Position numbers and translations under genes: made by a program. A model generated the notes under the pieces. That model was not told the origin of the DNA and ran no database searches. It saw only the letters and a program-made list of their open reading frames with translations. DNA of 32,000 nucleotides from an uncultured Muribaculaceae bacterium (GTDB lineage Bacteria > Pseudomonadota > Alphaproteobacteria > Rs-D84), in assembly GCA_965231035.1 (NCBI GenBank), contig OZ246409.1, forward strand, positions 271,101 to 303,100, in the 5' to 3' direction. This document shows, in pieces, positions 15,012-24,002 of the stretch (position 1 is its first letter; every line of letters starts with the position of its first letter).

Positions 15012-15743
15012 ATGAAAAAATTATTTTATGCACCTTTATTTTCGCTAATTTTTTCTGCACACGCGGGTGCTTTATCTGCCCCAAGTGCAACCCCTTGGTG
15101 GCTGCAACCAACTATTTGTAAACCTAATACTACAAATTGTTATTCAAATATGGGCGCCGGGTATGATTCTGGTATGTGGGATGCAACAAGCAATTGCTGG
15201 GGATTGAAAAAAATTTGTGCCGAAGCTACAACTTCTACATCAGATGAAGATTATGTCGAAATGGGACGTGTTACAATTGCAAATGGTACAGGTATAAATT
15301 CTGACTTTGATACTACTGTTTTAAATGGTGATTGTTTTGGTGCAAGAAAAACAACTGCCAGCGGAACACTTGCTTCGGTTAGTGGAAGTTATGTTAATGT
15401 TTGGTGTAATGGGATTTTGGACAACCCAGGGGATACCGTTTCAAATGGTGAAATTCAAATTGGAACCCAACCAACATGCAAAGATTTGGCGGCAAATGGT
15501 TGGGTTGCTGTTTTGAATCAACGCTGTTATGGGAAATATTATGATCCTGAAAAATACTATATTGAGTGTGAAGGAACAAATCTGTTACCAAAAAGGATTA
15601 TTGTTCTGAATGGATCACAAAAGTTTACTGGAACTGGTTCTGCACCAAGTGCAAATTATCCTGTTGATGCAAATGCGGCGGATACTTTATTTGATAAAAT
15701 GTTTAATGTTTCAAATAATAAAAAATCAGACCATTTTAAGTAA
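15012..15743 (+). CDS. secreted cysteine-containing protein (243 aa), partner of member C
   Basis: Signal peptide MKKLFYAPLFSLIFSAHA and 9 Cys. It starts 39 bp after member C and is followed by a strong terminator. Confidence 0.7.
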   Translation: MKKLFYAPLFSLIFSAHAGALSAPSATPWWLQPTICKPNTTNCYSNMGAGYDSGMWDATSNCWGLKKICAEATTSTSDEDYVEMGRVTIANGTGINSDFDTTVLNGDCFGARKTTASGTLASVSGSYVNVWCNGILDNPGDTVSNGEIQIGTQPTCKDLAANGWVAVLNQRCYGKYYDPEKYYIECEGTNLLPKRIIVLNGSQKFTGTGSAPSANYPVDANAADTLFDKMFNVSNNKKSDHFK

Positions 15744-15750
15744 TACAAAT

Positions 15751-15781
15751 AAAAAACCGGAATTCTGATTCCGGTTTTTTT
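15751..15781. terminator. bidirectional terminator between the 15012..15743 ORF and clpX
   Basis: 9-bp stem AACCGGAAT / ATTCCGGTT with loop TCTG. It is flanked by an A-run and a T-run. Confidence 0.85.
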
Positions 15782-15791
15782 CTTTCAATTT

Positions 15792-17063
15792 CTATGCAGC
15801 CTTTTTGGAACCTTCCAGTATTTCAACTGGCGGCTTTTTATCCTGAACCACTTCAGCATCAATTACAATCTCTTTCAAATCTTCTTTGTCTGGTGCATCA
15901 AACATAGGTTTTAACAATATTTTTTCCAAAATACTACGTAATCCACGCGCACCAGTTTTGCGAACCGATGCAACTTTGGCGATTTCAGATAACCCATCTT
16001 CGGTTATATTAAGCTTTACACCATCCATTTCCAGCATTGCTGTAAACTGTTTTACTATTGCATTTTTTGGCTCGGTTAATATTCTGACCAAAGATTTTTC
16101 ATCCAGATTATCCAGAACTGTTATCACAGGCAAACGACCGACCAATTCTGGGATAATTCCAAATTTTACCAAATCTTCTGGTTGAACTTGGAATAAATTA
16201 TTTTTTTCGTCACGATCTTTCTTGGATTGAACGTTTGCACCAAAACCAATCGCAGCACGGTCAGCAGTACGATGACCAATTATTTTATTTAATCCATCAA
16301 ATGCACCACCACAAATAAATAATATTTTGCTGGTATCAACTTGGACTGTTGTTTCACCAGGGTGTTTGCGTCCTCCGCCACTGGCGGGAACATTAGCAAC
16401 TGTCCCTTCGACCAATTTCAACAGCGCCTGCTGAACACCTTCTCCAGAAACATCACGTGTCAAAGAAGGATTTTCGGATTTTCTGGAAATTTTATCAATT
16501 TCATCAATATAAATTATCCCCTTCTGTGCACGATCAACATCAAAATTTGCATTTTGTAATAAACGAGTCAGAACACTTTCAACGTCATCACCAACGTATC
16601 CAGCCTCGGTAAGTGTTGTTGCATCTGCAATCGCAAAAGGAACATCTAAAATTTTTGCCAAAGTTTGTGCGAAAAGCGTCTTACCAGTTCCAGTTGGTCC
16701 AATCATTAATATGTTTGATTTTTGAATTTCAACATTAGAAGTCACGCCTGCACTATGACGTTTATAGTGATTATAAACAGCCACGGACAAAGTACGTTTT
16801 GCTTCATCTTGGCCAATTACATAATCATTAAGATATTTATAAATCTTTGAAGGAGTCGGCAGTTTTGATGCGTCTTTATTGATTTCTGTACGCATATCAT
16901 CTGCCATAATATCGTTACAAAGATTTATACATTCATCACAAATGCAAACATTTTTGCCGGAAACCAGCTTTTTTACTTCATACACGGCCTTGCCGCAAAA
17001 GCTGCAAACCTGTTGCGGGTCGTGTTGGTGTGTTTCTTGTGATTTTACTTTATCTTCGCTCAT
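15792..17063 (-). CDS. clpX: ATP-dependent Clp protease ATP-binding subunit ClpX
   Basis: N-terminal zinc finger CSFCGK...CICDEC, Walker A GPTGTGKT, and [10 protein letters not shown]. Confidence 0.95.
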   Translation of the reverse strand: MSEDKVKSQETHQHDPQQVCSFCGKAVYEVKKLVSGKNVCICDECINLCNDIMADDMRTEINKDASKLPTPSKIYKYLNDYVIGQDEAKRTLSVAVYNHYKRHSAGVTSNVEIQKSNILMIGPTGTGKTLFAQTLAKILDVPFAIADATTLTEAGYVGDDVESVLTRLLQNANFDVDRAQKGIIYIDEIDKISRKSENPSLTRDVSGEGVQQALLKLVEGTVANVPASGGGRKHPGETTVQVDTSKILFICGGAFDGLNKIIGHRTADRAAIGFGANVQSKKDRDEKNNLFQVQPEDLVKFGIIPELVGRLPVITVLDNLDEKSLVRILTEPKNAIVKQFTAMLEMDGVKLNITEDGLSEIAKVASVRKTGARGLRSILEKILLKPMFDAPDKEDLKEIVIDAEVVQDKKPPVEILEGSKKAA

Positions 17064-17098
17064 CTTGATCCCTCTTAACTTTTTTATACAGTCAGAGT

Positions 17099-17680
17099 TT
17101 ATTTTTTAACTAAAATTTCATCAACCAGTCCAAAGCTTTTTGCTTCTTCAGCAGTCATCCAGTTATCGCGTTCCATGGCATCAAAAACTTCTTTCTCTTT
17201 GCGACCTGTGAATTCAGCCATTTGTTTAGTTAATTTTTTCTTATTCTTTTGAAATTGATTTATTTGAATTTCCATGTCAGTAACCTGACCCTGAGCCCCA
17301 GCGTGTGGCTGATGAATCATTACCTGAGTATTCGGTAAAAGAAATCTTTTACCTCTTTCACCTGCTCCTAAAATAACGGAACCGGCAGAAGCAACTAGAC
17401 CTACACCAATTGTAGAAACTGGTGACTTGATGTATTGCATAGTATCCATAATCGCCCAGCATGCGGACAAATCCCCACCAGGACTGTTTATATACAAAGA
17501 AATATCAGCATTTGGATTTTCTGACTCTAAAAACAATAATTGTGCAACAATTGTATTTGCCATACGTGTTTCAAATTCACCCTGAAGCATAATAATTCTG
17601 TCGCGCAGCAAACGTGAATAAATATCAAAACTGCGTTCACCACGTGGAGATTCTTCTATAACCATTGGAATTAAAGACAT
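17099..17680 (-). CDS. clpP: ATP-dependent Clp protease proteolytic subunit ClpP
   Basis: [18 protein letters not shown], the active-site region [11 protein letters not shown], and IHQP. It lies directly upstream of clpX. Confidence 0.95.
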   Translation of the reverse strand: MSLIPMVIEESPRGERSFDIYSRLLRDRIIMLQGEFETRMANTIVAQLLFLESENPNADISLYINSPGGDLSACWAIMDTMQYIKSPVSTIGVGLVASAGSVILGAGERGKRFLLPNTQVMIHQPHAGAQGQVTDMEIQINQFQKNKKKLTKQMAEFTGRKEKEVFDAMERDNWMTAEEAKSFGLVDEILVKK

Positions 17681-17745
17681 TTTTTCGTCCTTTTTAATTT
17701 ATTATAAACTATACCATACAAAAATCCGATTCGCGAATTTATCAT

Positions 17746-17778
17746 ATACATAGGCAGTTTCGAACAAAATTCAAGGGG
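17746..17778 (-). promoter_or_regulatory. candidate sigma32 (heat-shock)-like promoter for clpP-clpX
   Basis: The minus strand reads CCCCTTGAA, a 15-nt spacer, then CCTATGTAT. This resembles the E. coli-type consensus CCCTTGAA-N13-17-CCCCATNT. It lies ~65 nt upstream of the clpP ATG. Confidence 0.35.
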
Positions 17779-17830
17779 ATGAACTTATATTTGTGGCGGA
17801 TTTTCAAAGAAAATGTTGTTAATGTATACA

Positions 17831-17863
17831 ATTAATTGACAAAGCTTATATTTGTATTACTAT
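17831..17863 (+). promoter_or_regulatory. conserved promoter cassette copy 1 (ATTAATTGACAA-N8-TTTGTATTA)
   Basis: TTGACA at 17836..17841, a 16-nt spacer, then TACTAT at 17858..17863. It is near-identical to the cassettes at 26701 and 27098. Confidence 0.6.
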
Positions 17864-17913
17864 TTTGTACATAAACACTGTTTTAATAAACAGGTAATTT
17901 AAAAGATAAATCT

Positions 17914-18231
17914 TTGACGAACTCTAATAAAACCTTTTCAAAAAATAATCTGATAACGTCTGTAGAATTACATGATAAAGACATCGGTTTTCAAATATAT
18001 TGCGATAGTTGTGTGAAGAACAAAAATTGCCCAAGAAAAACTATACCTGACTGCAATTTTATTGATTCTTTGGAAATAATTATCGATAAGCAAGATATTG
18101 TCGAAAAACCACATATTGAAGAAAATAATTCTGGTAAGCATATTTTTATACAAACCAAAAATGGCGTAATTGAAAAACAAGAAGAACAAATTAAAAAATT
18201 GATTAATTTTTATAAGATAAAGACAAAATAA
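17914..18231 (+). CDS. hypothetical small protein (105 aa, TTG start, no internal Met)
   Basis: The ORF lies between promoter cassette copy 1 and a terminator hairpin. It contains CDSC...C...C. No ATG start is available, so coding status is uncertain. Confidence 0.45.
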   Translation: MTNSNKTFSKNNLITSVELHDKDIGFQIYCDSCVKNKNCPRKTIPDCNFIDSLEIIIDKQDIVEKPHIEENNSGKHIFIQTKNGVIEKQEEQIKKLINFYKIKTK

Positions 18232-18253
18232 AAAACCGCCAAATGGCGGTTTT
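18229..18253. terminator. bidirectional terminator shared by the 17914..18231 ORF and pgk
   Basis: Stem AACCGCC / GGCGGTT with loop AAAT. The minus strand follows it with TTTTTTATTTT. The pgk stop codon overlaps the flank. Confidence 0.8.
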
Positions 18254-19418
18254 AAATTTCCAATGCTTTTATACCCGGTAATTCCAGACCTTCGATAAAT
18301 TCCAAGAATGCACCACCACCAGTTGAAACATAAGTAATATCATCTTTGACACCAATTTGTTCCAGCGCAGTTACAGTGTCACCACCGCCGACAATACTTT
18401 CCAATTTTCCACTACGCGTTTGTTCTGCAATTTTTTGTGCAATTTCAAAGGTTGAATAACCCCAAACTTTACCCCACTCTGCCATACCAAGTGTTCCATT
18501 CCAAACAACAGTTTTTACACTTTCTATTACTTCTATATTTCTTTTTGTGGTTTGAATTCCAGAATCCATAATAACATCGCTGGCAACCATTTCAGAAAAT
18601 GTTTTATTTATCCGAACAGCACTTTGTGAAAATTCTTTTCCAACTCCTTTGTCCAATGGGATATAAAGTTCGCAATCGTTTTGTTTTGCGAATTCAGTTA
18701 AATCTGATGCTGCTTTTAGTATTTCAGGCTCGCACTTAAAATCACCAGTATTAGCACCAGTTGCAGCAATAAAGGTTGTACCAATCATTCCATCTACAAT
18801 AACTTTGTCTGACAATTTAATCAATGATTTCAAAACACCTATTTTTGTAGAAAGCTTGCTGCCCCCGACAATAGATAATAATGGACGCTTTGGGTTTTGC
18901 ATTAACTTATTCAGATTTGCAATTTCAGACAAAAGCAAGTCGCCCGCATAAGACGGTAAAAATTTTGTAACACCAACTGTGCTGGCATGTGCACGGTGGC
19001 TGACTGCAAATGCATCATTTATAAATAAATCAAAACCATCCGCCAACCTTTTTGCAAATTCTGGATTGTTTTCTTCTTCGTCCGCATAAAAACGAACATT
19101 TTCTAACAAAACAACTTCACCGTCTTTCATATCCCCCATAAAATCCTTATCTAAACAATCTGGAATTAATTTAATCTTCATATATTCAGCAACTGGTGCC
19201 AAAGTATATTTCATATCACGCGTACCCTTTGGGCGACCAAGGTGTGCACAGATTACAATTTTCGCACCCGCTGACTGCAATTTACGAATTGTTGGCATGC
19301 TTTGTTCAATTCTGAAACCGTCTGTGATTTTTCCGTCAATTATTTGAACATTGAAATCATCGCGCAGCAAAACAAATTTACCTTTTAATTCAAGATTTTC
19401 AAAAGTTTTTAATTTCAT
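18252..19418 (-). CDS. pgk: phosphoglycerate kinase
   Basis: RDDFNV, HLGRPKG and a C-terminal STGGGAFLEF motif. Confidence 0.95.
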   Translation of the reverse strand: MKLKTFENLELKGKFVLLRDDFNVQIIDGKITDGFRIEQSMPTIRKLQSAGAKIVICAHLGRPKGTRDMKYTLAPVAEYMKIKLIPDCLDKDFMGDMKDGEVVLLENVRFYADEEENNPEFAKRLADGFDLFINDAFAVSHRAHASTVGVTKFLPSYAGDLLLSEIANLNKLMQNPKRPLLSIVGGSKLSTKIGVLKSLIKLSDKVIVDGMIGTTFIAATGANTGDFKCEPEILKAASDLTEFAKQNDCELYIPLDKGVGKEFSQSAVRINKTFSEMVASDVIMDSGIQTTKRNIEVIESVKTVVWNGTLGMAEWGKVWGYSTFEIAQKIAEQTRSGKLESIVGGGDTVTALEQIGVKDDITYVSTGGGAFLEFIEGLELPGIKALEI

Positions 19419-20026
19419 AATAAATCCTTTACCGGTTTGAAAGTTTTTCTGTAATGCTGATTTATACCATATTTCTTGATTGCTTGCAAATGTGCTGCTG
19501 TTGGATAACCTGCATTTTTATTCCATCCGTATTGCGGGAATTCAACTGCCAATTCGCACATAATTTTATCGCGTGTTTCCTTTGCAATAATTGATGCCGC
19601 AGCAATTGATATTGATTTTGAATCACCTTTTATAATTGCGCGTCCGATTAAATCTTTTGGTGTTCTGTTTCCATCAAACAGACAAAATTCAGGTTTTTTG
19701 GACAAAGATTCGACTGCACGTTTCATAGCCAACATAGAGGCCCATAAAATATTCAATTCATCGATTTCATTTGGTGAACAAGATCCAACCGCCCAAATTG
19801 TATTTTTTATAATCCAATCATATGCGGCTGCACGCAATTTATGATTCATCTGTTTTGAATCAGTTATTAAAACTGGTATTTCTATATTTTTTTTTGGAAA
19901 AATAACTGCAGCTGCAACTACAGGCCCACAAAGAGGACCACGCCCAGCTTCGTCACATCCGGCAACAAAATCAAAACCACTTTCTTGTTCAAAACAAAAA
20001 TCAGGAAAACTTTTCATACCGCGCAT
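19415..20026 (-). CDS. rnhB: ribonuclease HII
   Basis: [21 protein letters not shown] is the canonical RNase HII motif. There is a 4-nt overlap with the pgk start. The start codon is ambiguous: ATG at 20026 or 20017, or the track TTG at 20035. Confidence 0.9.
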   Translation of the reverse strand: MRGMKSFPDFCFEQESGFDFVAGCDEAGRGPLCGPVVAAAVIFPKKNIEIPVLITDSKQMNHKLRAAAYDWIIKNTIWAVGSCSPNEIDELNILWASMLAMKRAVESLSKKPEFCLFDGNRTPKDLIGRAIIKGDSKSISIAAASIIAKETRDKIMCELAVEFPQYGWNKNAGYPTAAHLQAIKKYGINQHYRKTFKPVKDLL

Positions 20027-20065
20027 TTTACACAAATAATATAATAAAATAAAATCATTTAATAT

Positions 20066-20093
20066 TTGACATTAATAATATTTTGTCTAAAAT
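20066..20093 (+). promoter_or_regulatory. candidate sigma70-type promoter for the 20115 ORF
   Basis: TTGACA, a 16-nt spacer, then TAAAAT. It lies ~20 nt upstream of the RBS AAGGAAAAG. Confidence 0.5.
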
Positions 20094-20114
20094 ATTTTTA
20101 AAGGAAAAGAAAAT

Positions 20115-20450
20115 ATGCCAGATAAAAGAAACTGCATTACAAAAATTTTGCTGACAAAAAAAGATAATAAACCTATTAAAGGTACTGGTGGTATAACCAT
20201 TTCTAAAAACGAACATTATTGCTTTAAATCTAAAGAATTAGATTCTTGCCCCGTTTTGACTGGTGCTAAAAATATAAAAGTATGCAGTTGCGAAGAAGAA
20301 TTTTGTATTGCTGTTCCAGAAGGCTGTGATATTAATAAAACACTCGCTGGCTTATATTCAGAAAAATTAATTAATCCCGAAGTTTTTTTTGCAAAATCAA
20401 TGATTGAAAGAATGATACGTTTAGGCAGAAAAAGAAATAAACATAAATAA
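20115..20450 (+). CDS. hypothetical small cysteine-rich basic protein (111 aa, no signal peptide)
   Basis: ATG start with a good RBS and promoter. It has 7 Cys, including CSCEEEFC, and a basic tail RLGRKRNKHK. Confidence 0.55.
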   Translation: MPDKRNCITKILLTKKDNKPIKGTGGITISKNEHYCFKSKELDSCPVLTGAKNIKVCSCEEEFCIAVPEGCDINKTLAGLYSEKLINPEVFFAKSMIERMIRLGRKRNKHK

Positions 20451-20464
20451 TAATATTATTATTT

Positions 20465-22186
20465 TTATATTGCCATTCTGTCAGCAATCTGTTTTTGAAC
20501 ATACTCATCTTGGCTACTGTACAGTGGCCATTTACCCTCGGCCAGGTCTTCCATGGATGTCAAAGGTTGATCCAGTCTTGCACGATATAACCACAGGTTT
20601 GACATAACACGTTTAATGTAACAACGTGTTTCATACGCAGGGAAACTTTCAATATATAACAACGGATCTGACGTATCAAAATTTCTTTGGAATCTTATCA
20701 TCATCCCCATACCAGCATTATAAGCAATCAACATTTTTATTATATTGTTCTTGATACTGGGGTGTGCTAATAAATCAACAATATGCTGTTGCCCCAAGAA
20801 CATATTATGTTCCGGATTTGACATATCCAATTGTGACATTTTAATTTTATTTTGACGCGCAACCAATCTGGCTGTACCAGGCATCAGTTGCATTAACCCC
20901 TTGGCACCTGCTGTTGATTTTGCACCAGTTTTAAAGCCGCTTTCTTGTCTGGTAATTGCAAATAACAAAGCACGATCAATTGACCATCCACCCATTGGTT
21001 CCCAGTCCGGTAACGGATATTGCGCGGAATAAATAATATCTTGGTCAATTTCCAAAATTCCACGATCTTTGATAACATCAGCAACCTGCATCGAAGTGCG
21101 AGGCAACGCGTACGCGGTTGAAACAGAATTTACAGCATGCAAAGTTTTATCTGATGCTTTTGCAGTTATTAATAATTTCATATATTGTTCTGCTCTGTCA
21201 TTTTGCCCAATTTGTATCAAGGCCAAAGCTTCTTTACCATAATTACTGTTTTTTAATTCTTCAATATCTTCGTCCGTAGAATCTTGTTCAAAGAATTCAT
21301 AGCTTGGCAAATCACCCATCATTGTTGCTGACAAAGCACCATAAAAAGACATTGGATGTTCAGCTGCAATTTTCCAATATGTTTTTGCACTACTTCTGTC
21401 ATCGTTTGCTTCTGCAGCACGACCAGCCCAGAATGCAGCCTCGGTCTTTCGGGCATTATTTATCTGACTCAATTTTAAAATTTCGCTGAAATATTTTTCG
21501 CTTTCTGCGTATTTTTCTTCTTTGAAATATAACAATCCCATAGTCCACAAACCATATTCTGATTTTTCATCAGATGCAACAAAGCCCCATTTTTTTGCCA
21601 ATTCAAATTCACCGTTTGTATAATAAACAAATGATAAACGACCAGCTAGACGTCCATAGTCGGATTCCGTCAATCTGCGTTTGAATAAATTATCTTCCAG
21701 TATATTTTTGGCATTCTTTGTGCTGCCACTGCGGATTGACCTTTTGAATCTGGTAATTCTGGTCGCAGTATCACCATGATATTTTTTCTGGGTCCAGTTT
21801 TCTGACATTGCTGTTTCATTAGATTTACCTTCTATCATCTTTGGTAATCTGGGCGGACGCACAGCAGTTTTCTTTATGTGTGCCAAATTATACATACGAT
21901 CGGAGCCTGGCATATTATAGTATTTATACATCCAGTCAGAAATTTCTTTGCCACGTGTATGATATGTTTTTGAAGTATATCTTTGATACAAAACTTCGTT
22001 CATCAGCAAAGGATCGGTTATTTTCTTTTCCAATTTCATTGCTGCGTCGATTTTCTCCCGTGATTGCAAATCAAAGATTTCTTTGTAAGTTTGGGCATCT
22101 TCTGGTGTTAATATCATCGGCAAATCAGCCGCAAATACTGCAACAGGTAAAACGAGCATAAATATAACTGTTAAAAATTTTTTCAT
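20465..22186 (-). CDS. slt: soluble lytic murein transglycosylase (Slt70-like)
   Basis: Signal peptide MKKFLTVIFMLVLPVAVFA and a superhelical N-terminal region. The C-terminal SLT motifs are TRQESGF, GLMQLMP and AYNAG. Confidence 0.85.
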   Translation of the reverse strand: MKKFLTVIFMLVLPVAVFAADLPMILTPEDAQTYKEIFDLQSREKIDAAMKLEKKITDPLLMNEVLYQRYTSKTYHTRGKEISDWMYKYYNMPGSDRMYNLAHIKKTAVRPPRLPKMIEGKSNETAMSENWTQKKYHGDTATRITRFKRSIRSGSTKNAKNILEDNLFKRRLTESDYGRLAGRLSFVYYTNGEFELAKKWGFVASDEKSEYGLWTMGLLYFKEEKYAESEKYFSEILKLSQINNARKTEAAFWAGRAAEANDDRSSAKTYWKIAAEHPMSFYGALSATMMGDLPSYEFFEQDSTDEDIEELKNSNYGKEALALIQIGQNDRAEQYMKLLITAKASDKTLHAVNSVSTAYALPRTSMQVADVIKDRGILEIDQDIIYSAQYPLPDWEPMGGWSIDRALLFAITRQESGFKTGAKSTAGAKGLMQLMPGTARLVARQNKIKMSQLDMSNPEHNMFLGQQHIVDLLAHPSIKNNIIKMLIAYNAGMGMMIRFQRNFDTSDPLLYIESFPAYETRCYIKRVMSNLWLYRARLDQPLTSMEDLAEGKWPLYSSQDEYVQKQIADRMAI

Positions 22187-22188
22187 AT

Positions 22189-22698
22189 CTAAAATAATGA
22201 TGTTTTAGGCAGGTTACAGGCCTCGGCGCCTTCTTCTGCCTCGGGAATTTGACTGATAATTTTCTTAAAGTCCGAAATCTTGGAAAATTTTCTGTAAACC
22301 GATACAAATCGCACAAAAGCAATTTGATCCAGGTTCAATAATGAATCAGAAACCATTTTTCCAACCATTTCACTTGTAACAGAATCATCAGCGTTTTCAG
22401 TTTCCAGTCGGCGGTGAATCGAAGTAACAACTTTTTCGATTTGTTCATCACTGACATCGCGGTTACGGCAAGCAATTTTAATACTGCGTTTTAATTTTTC
22501 ACGATCAAATGGTTCCAGCTTGCCACTGTTTTTATGAACCAACAAATCACGCATTTGTACGCGTTCAACAGTCGTGAATTTCGCACCACATTGTTCACAA
22601 ACACGGCGGCGGCGAATAATCGCGTCTTCTATATCAGGACGGGAATCCTTTACCTGACTTTCAGTAGAGTTACAGTACGGGCATCTCATAACCACCAT
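22189..22698 (-). CDS. nrdR: transcriptional repressor NrdR
   Basis: MRCPYCNS...CEQCGAKFTTVE zinc ribbon plus an ATP-cone. The start is either ATG 22698 or ATG 22689, the latter giving the canonical MRCPYC N-terminus. Confidence 0.9.
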   Translation of the reverse strand: MVVMRCPYCNSTESQVKDSRPDIEDAIIRRRRVCEQCGAKFTTVERVQMRDLLVHKNSGKLEPFDREKLKRSIKIACRNRDVSDEQIEKVVTSIHRRLETENADDSVTSEMVGKMVSDSLLNLDQIAFVRFVSVYRKFSKISDFKKIISQIPEAEEGAEACNLPKTSLF

Positions 22699-22875
22699 AA
22701 ATTAGCAATCTTGAAGCAAAGAGTAAAGCATAAAGTTTAAAAAATAGTGGTTAAAAAATACGTATTTTTATAAAAATCAAGCTATTTATTTTGCAGATGA
22801 ACAGCCGCTGGAGCTTTTTTAGGGGTCAAAAATATGGTAAAATAAGAGATATGACCAGGGTATTCAAAAGAGAGA

Positions 22876-23976
22876 ATGAAAAAATATCTGAACAAGATTT
22901 TTGTTGGCGACTGTATTGAACAAATGCGCGGACTGCCTGACAGCAGCGTAGATGCCGTTTTTGCCGACTCTCCTTATAACTTACAACTGGGCGAAAAAAC
23001 ACTTTACAGACCCGAAGATCAAACCGCCGCACGTGCAGTTCGTGATTCTTGGGATTATTTTGAGTCAAATGCTGAATATGATAAATTTACACGTGAATGG
23101 ATGACCGAGTGTAAACGCGTATTAAAGCCAGATGGTGCAATGTGGGTTATTGGCAGTTATCATAATATTTTCAGGGTTGGCAGCATTTTGCAAGATTTGG
23201 GATTCTGGATTTTGAACGATATTGTTTGGGTTAAAAATAATCCTATGCCCAACTTTCGCGGGACTCGTTTCACAAACGCCCATGAAACTTTGATTTGGGC
23301 AACCCCGCACAAGACTGGAAAATATACTTTTAATTATGAAACCATGAAAAAACTGAATGGTGGTAAACAGATGCGTTCTGATTGGGATATAAATATTTGC
23401 TTGGGCGAAGAACGTGTCAAAGATGAAACCGGTAAAAGCCTGCACAACACCCAAAAACCCGAAGATTTATTAAAACGCGTAATTTTGTCTTCCACAAAAC
23501 CTGGGGATATTATTTTGGATCCATTTATGGGCAGTGGAACAACCGCAGCAGTTGCCAAAGAATTGGGTAGAAACTTTATTGGATTTGAACGCGAAGAATC
23601 TTATGTCACAGCTGCGCGTGAACGCGTTGATGCAGTTAAACCAATTGATTTGTCTGAAATAGAAGTATCCGCCCCAAAGCGTGATGAAATCCGTGTAGCC
23701 TTTAATGAATTAATTGAAGGTGGATTGCTGTATGTCGGTCAAACACTGGTCAGTCCACGTGGTGAACGTGTAATGATAACACGTGACGGACAATTGACAC
23801 ACAGTCTGTATGGCAAAGCATCAATTCACGTTATGGCAGCCAAAATACAGCGCAGTGCCAGCTTTAACGGATGGGATTATTGGAGTGCGATTAAAAAAGA
23901 CGGAACACTTGTCGCGATTGACGAACTTCGTAAATATATCCGCAACATAAAACGCGACATCAAAAAAGTTGCATAA
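22876..23976 (+). CDS. ccrM: CcrM-type N6-adenine DNA methyltransferase (GANTC family)
   Basis: FADSPYNLQL, WVIGSYHNIFRVGSILQDLGFWILNDIVWVKNNPMPNFRGTRFTNAHETLIWA and DPFMGSGTT. It also has the CcrM-specific C-terminal ~80-aa domain. Confidence 0.9.
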   Translation: MKKYLNKIFVGDCIEQMRGLPDSSVDAVFADSPYNLQLGEKTLYRPEDQTAARAVRDSWDYFESNAEYDKFTREWMTECKRVLKPDGAMWVIGSYHNIFRVGSILQDLGFWILNDIVWVKNNPMPNFRGTRFTNAHETLIWATPHKTGKYTFNYETMKKLNGGKQMRSDWDINICLGEERVKDETGKSLHNTQKPEDLLKRVILSSTKPGDIILDPFMGSGTTAAVAKELGRNFIGFEREESYVTAARERVDAVKPIDLSEIEVSAPKRDEIRVAFNELIEGGLLYVGQTLVSPRGERVMITRDGQLTHSLYGKASIHVMAAKIQRSASFNGWDYWSAIKKDGTLVAIDELRKYIRNIKRDIKKVA

Positions 23977-24002
23977 AAAAGCGGGTTAAAACCCGCTTTT
24001 TT
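23977..24002. terminator. bidirectional terminator between ccrM and the ppiD-like gene
   Basis: Stem GCGGGT / ACCCGC with loop TAAA. It is flanked by AAAAAA and TTTTTT. Confidence 0.8.

Noticed and set aside
22826-23068. Minus-strand 80-aa ORF overlapping the ccrM start region.
   Set aside because: It overlaps the highly conserved N-terminus of ccrM on the opposite strand and has no supporting signals.
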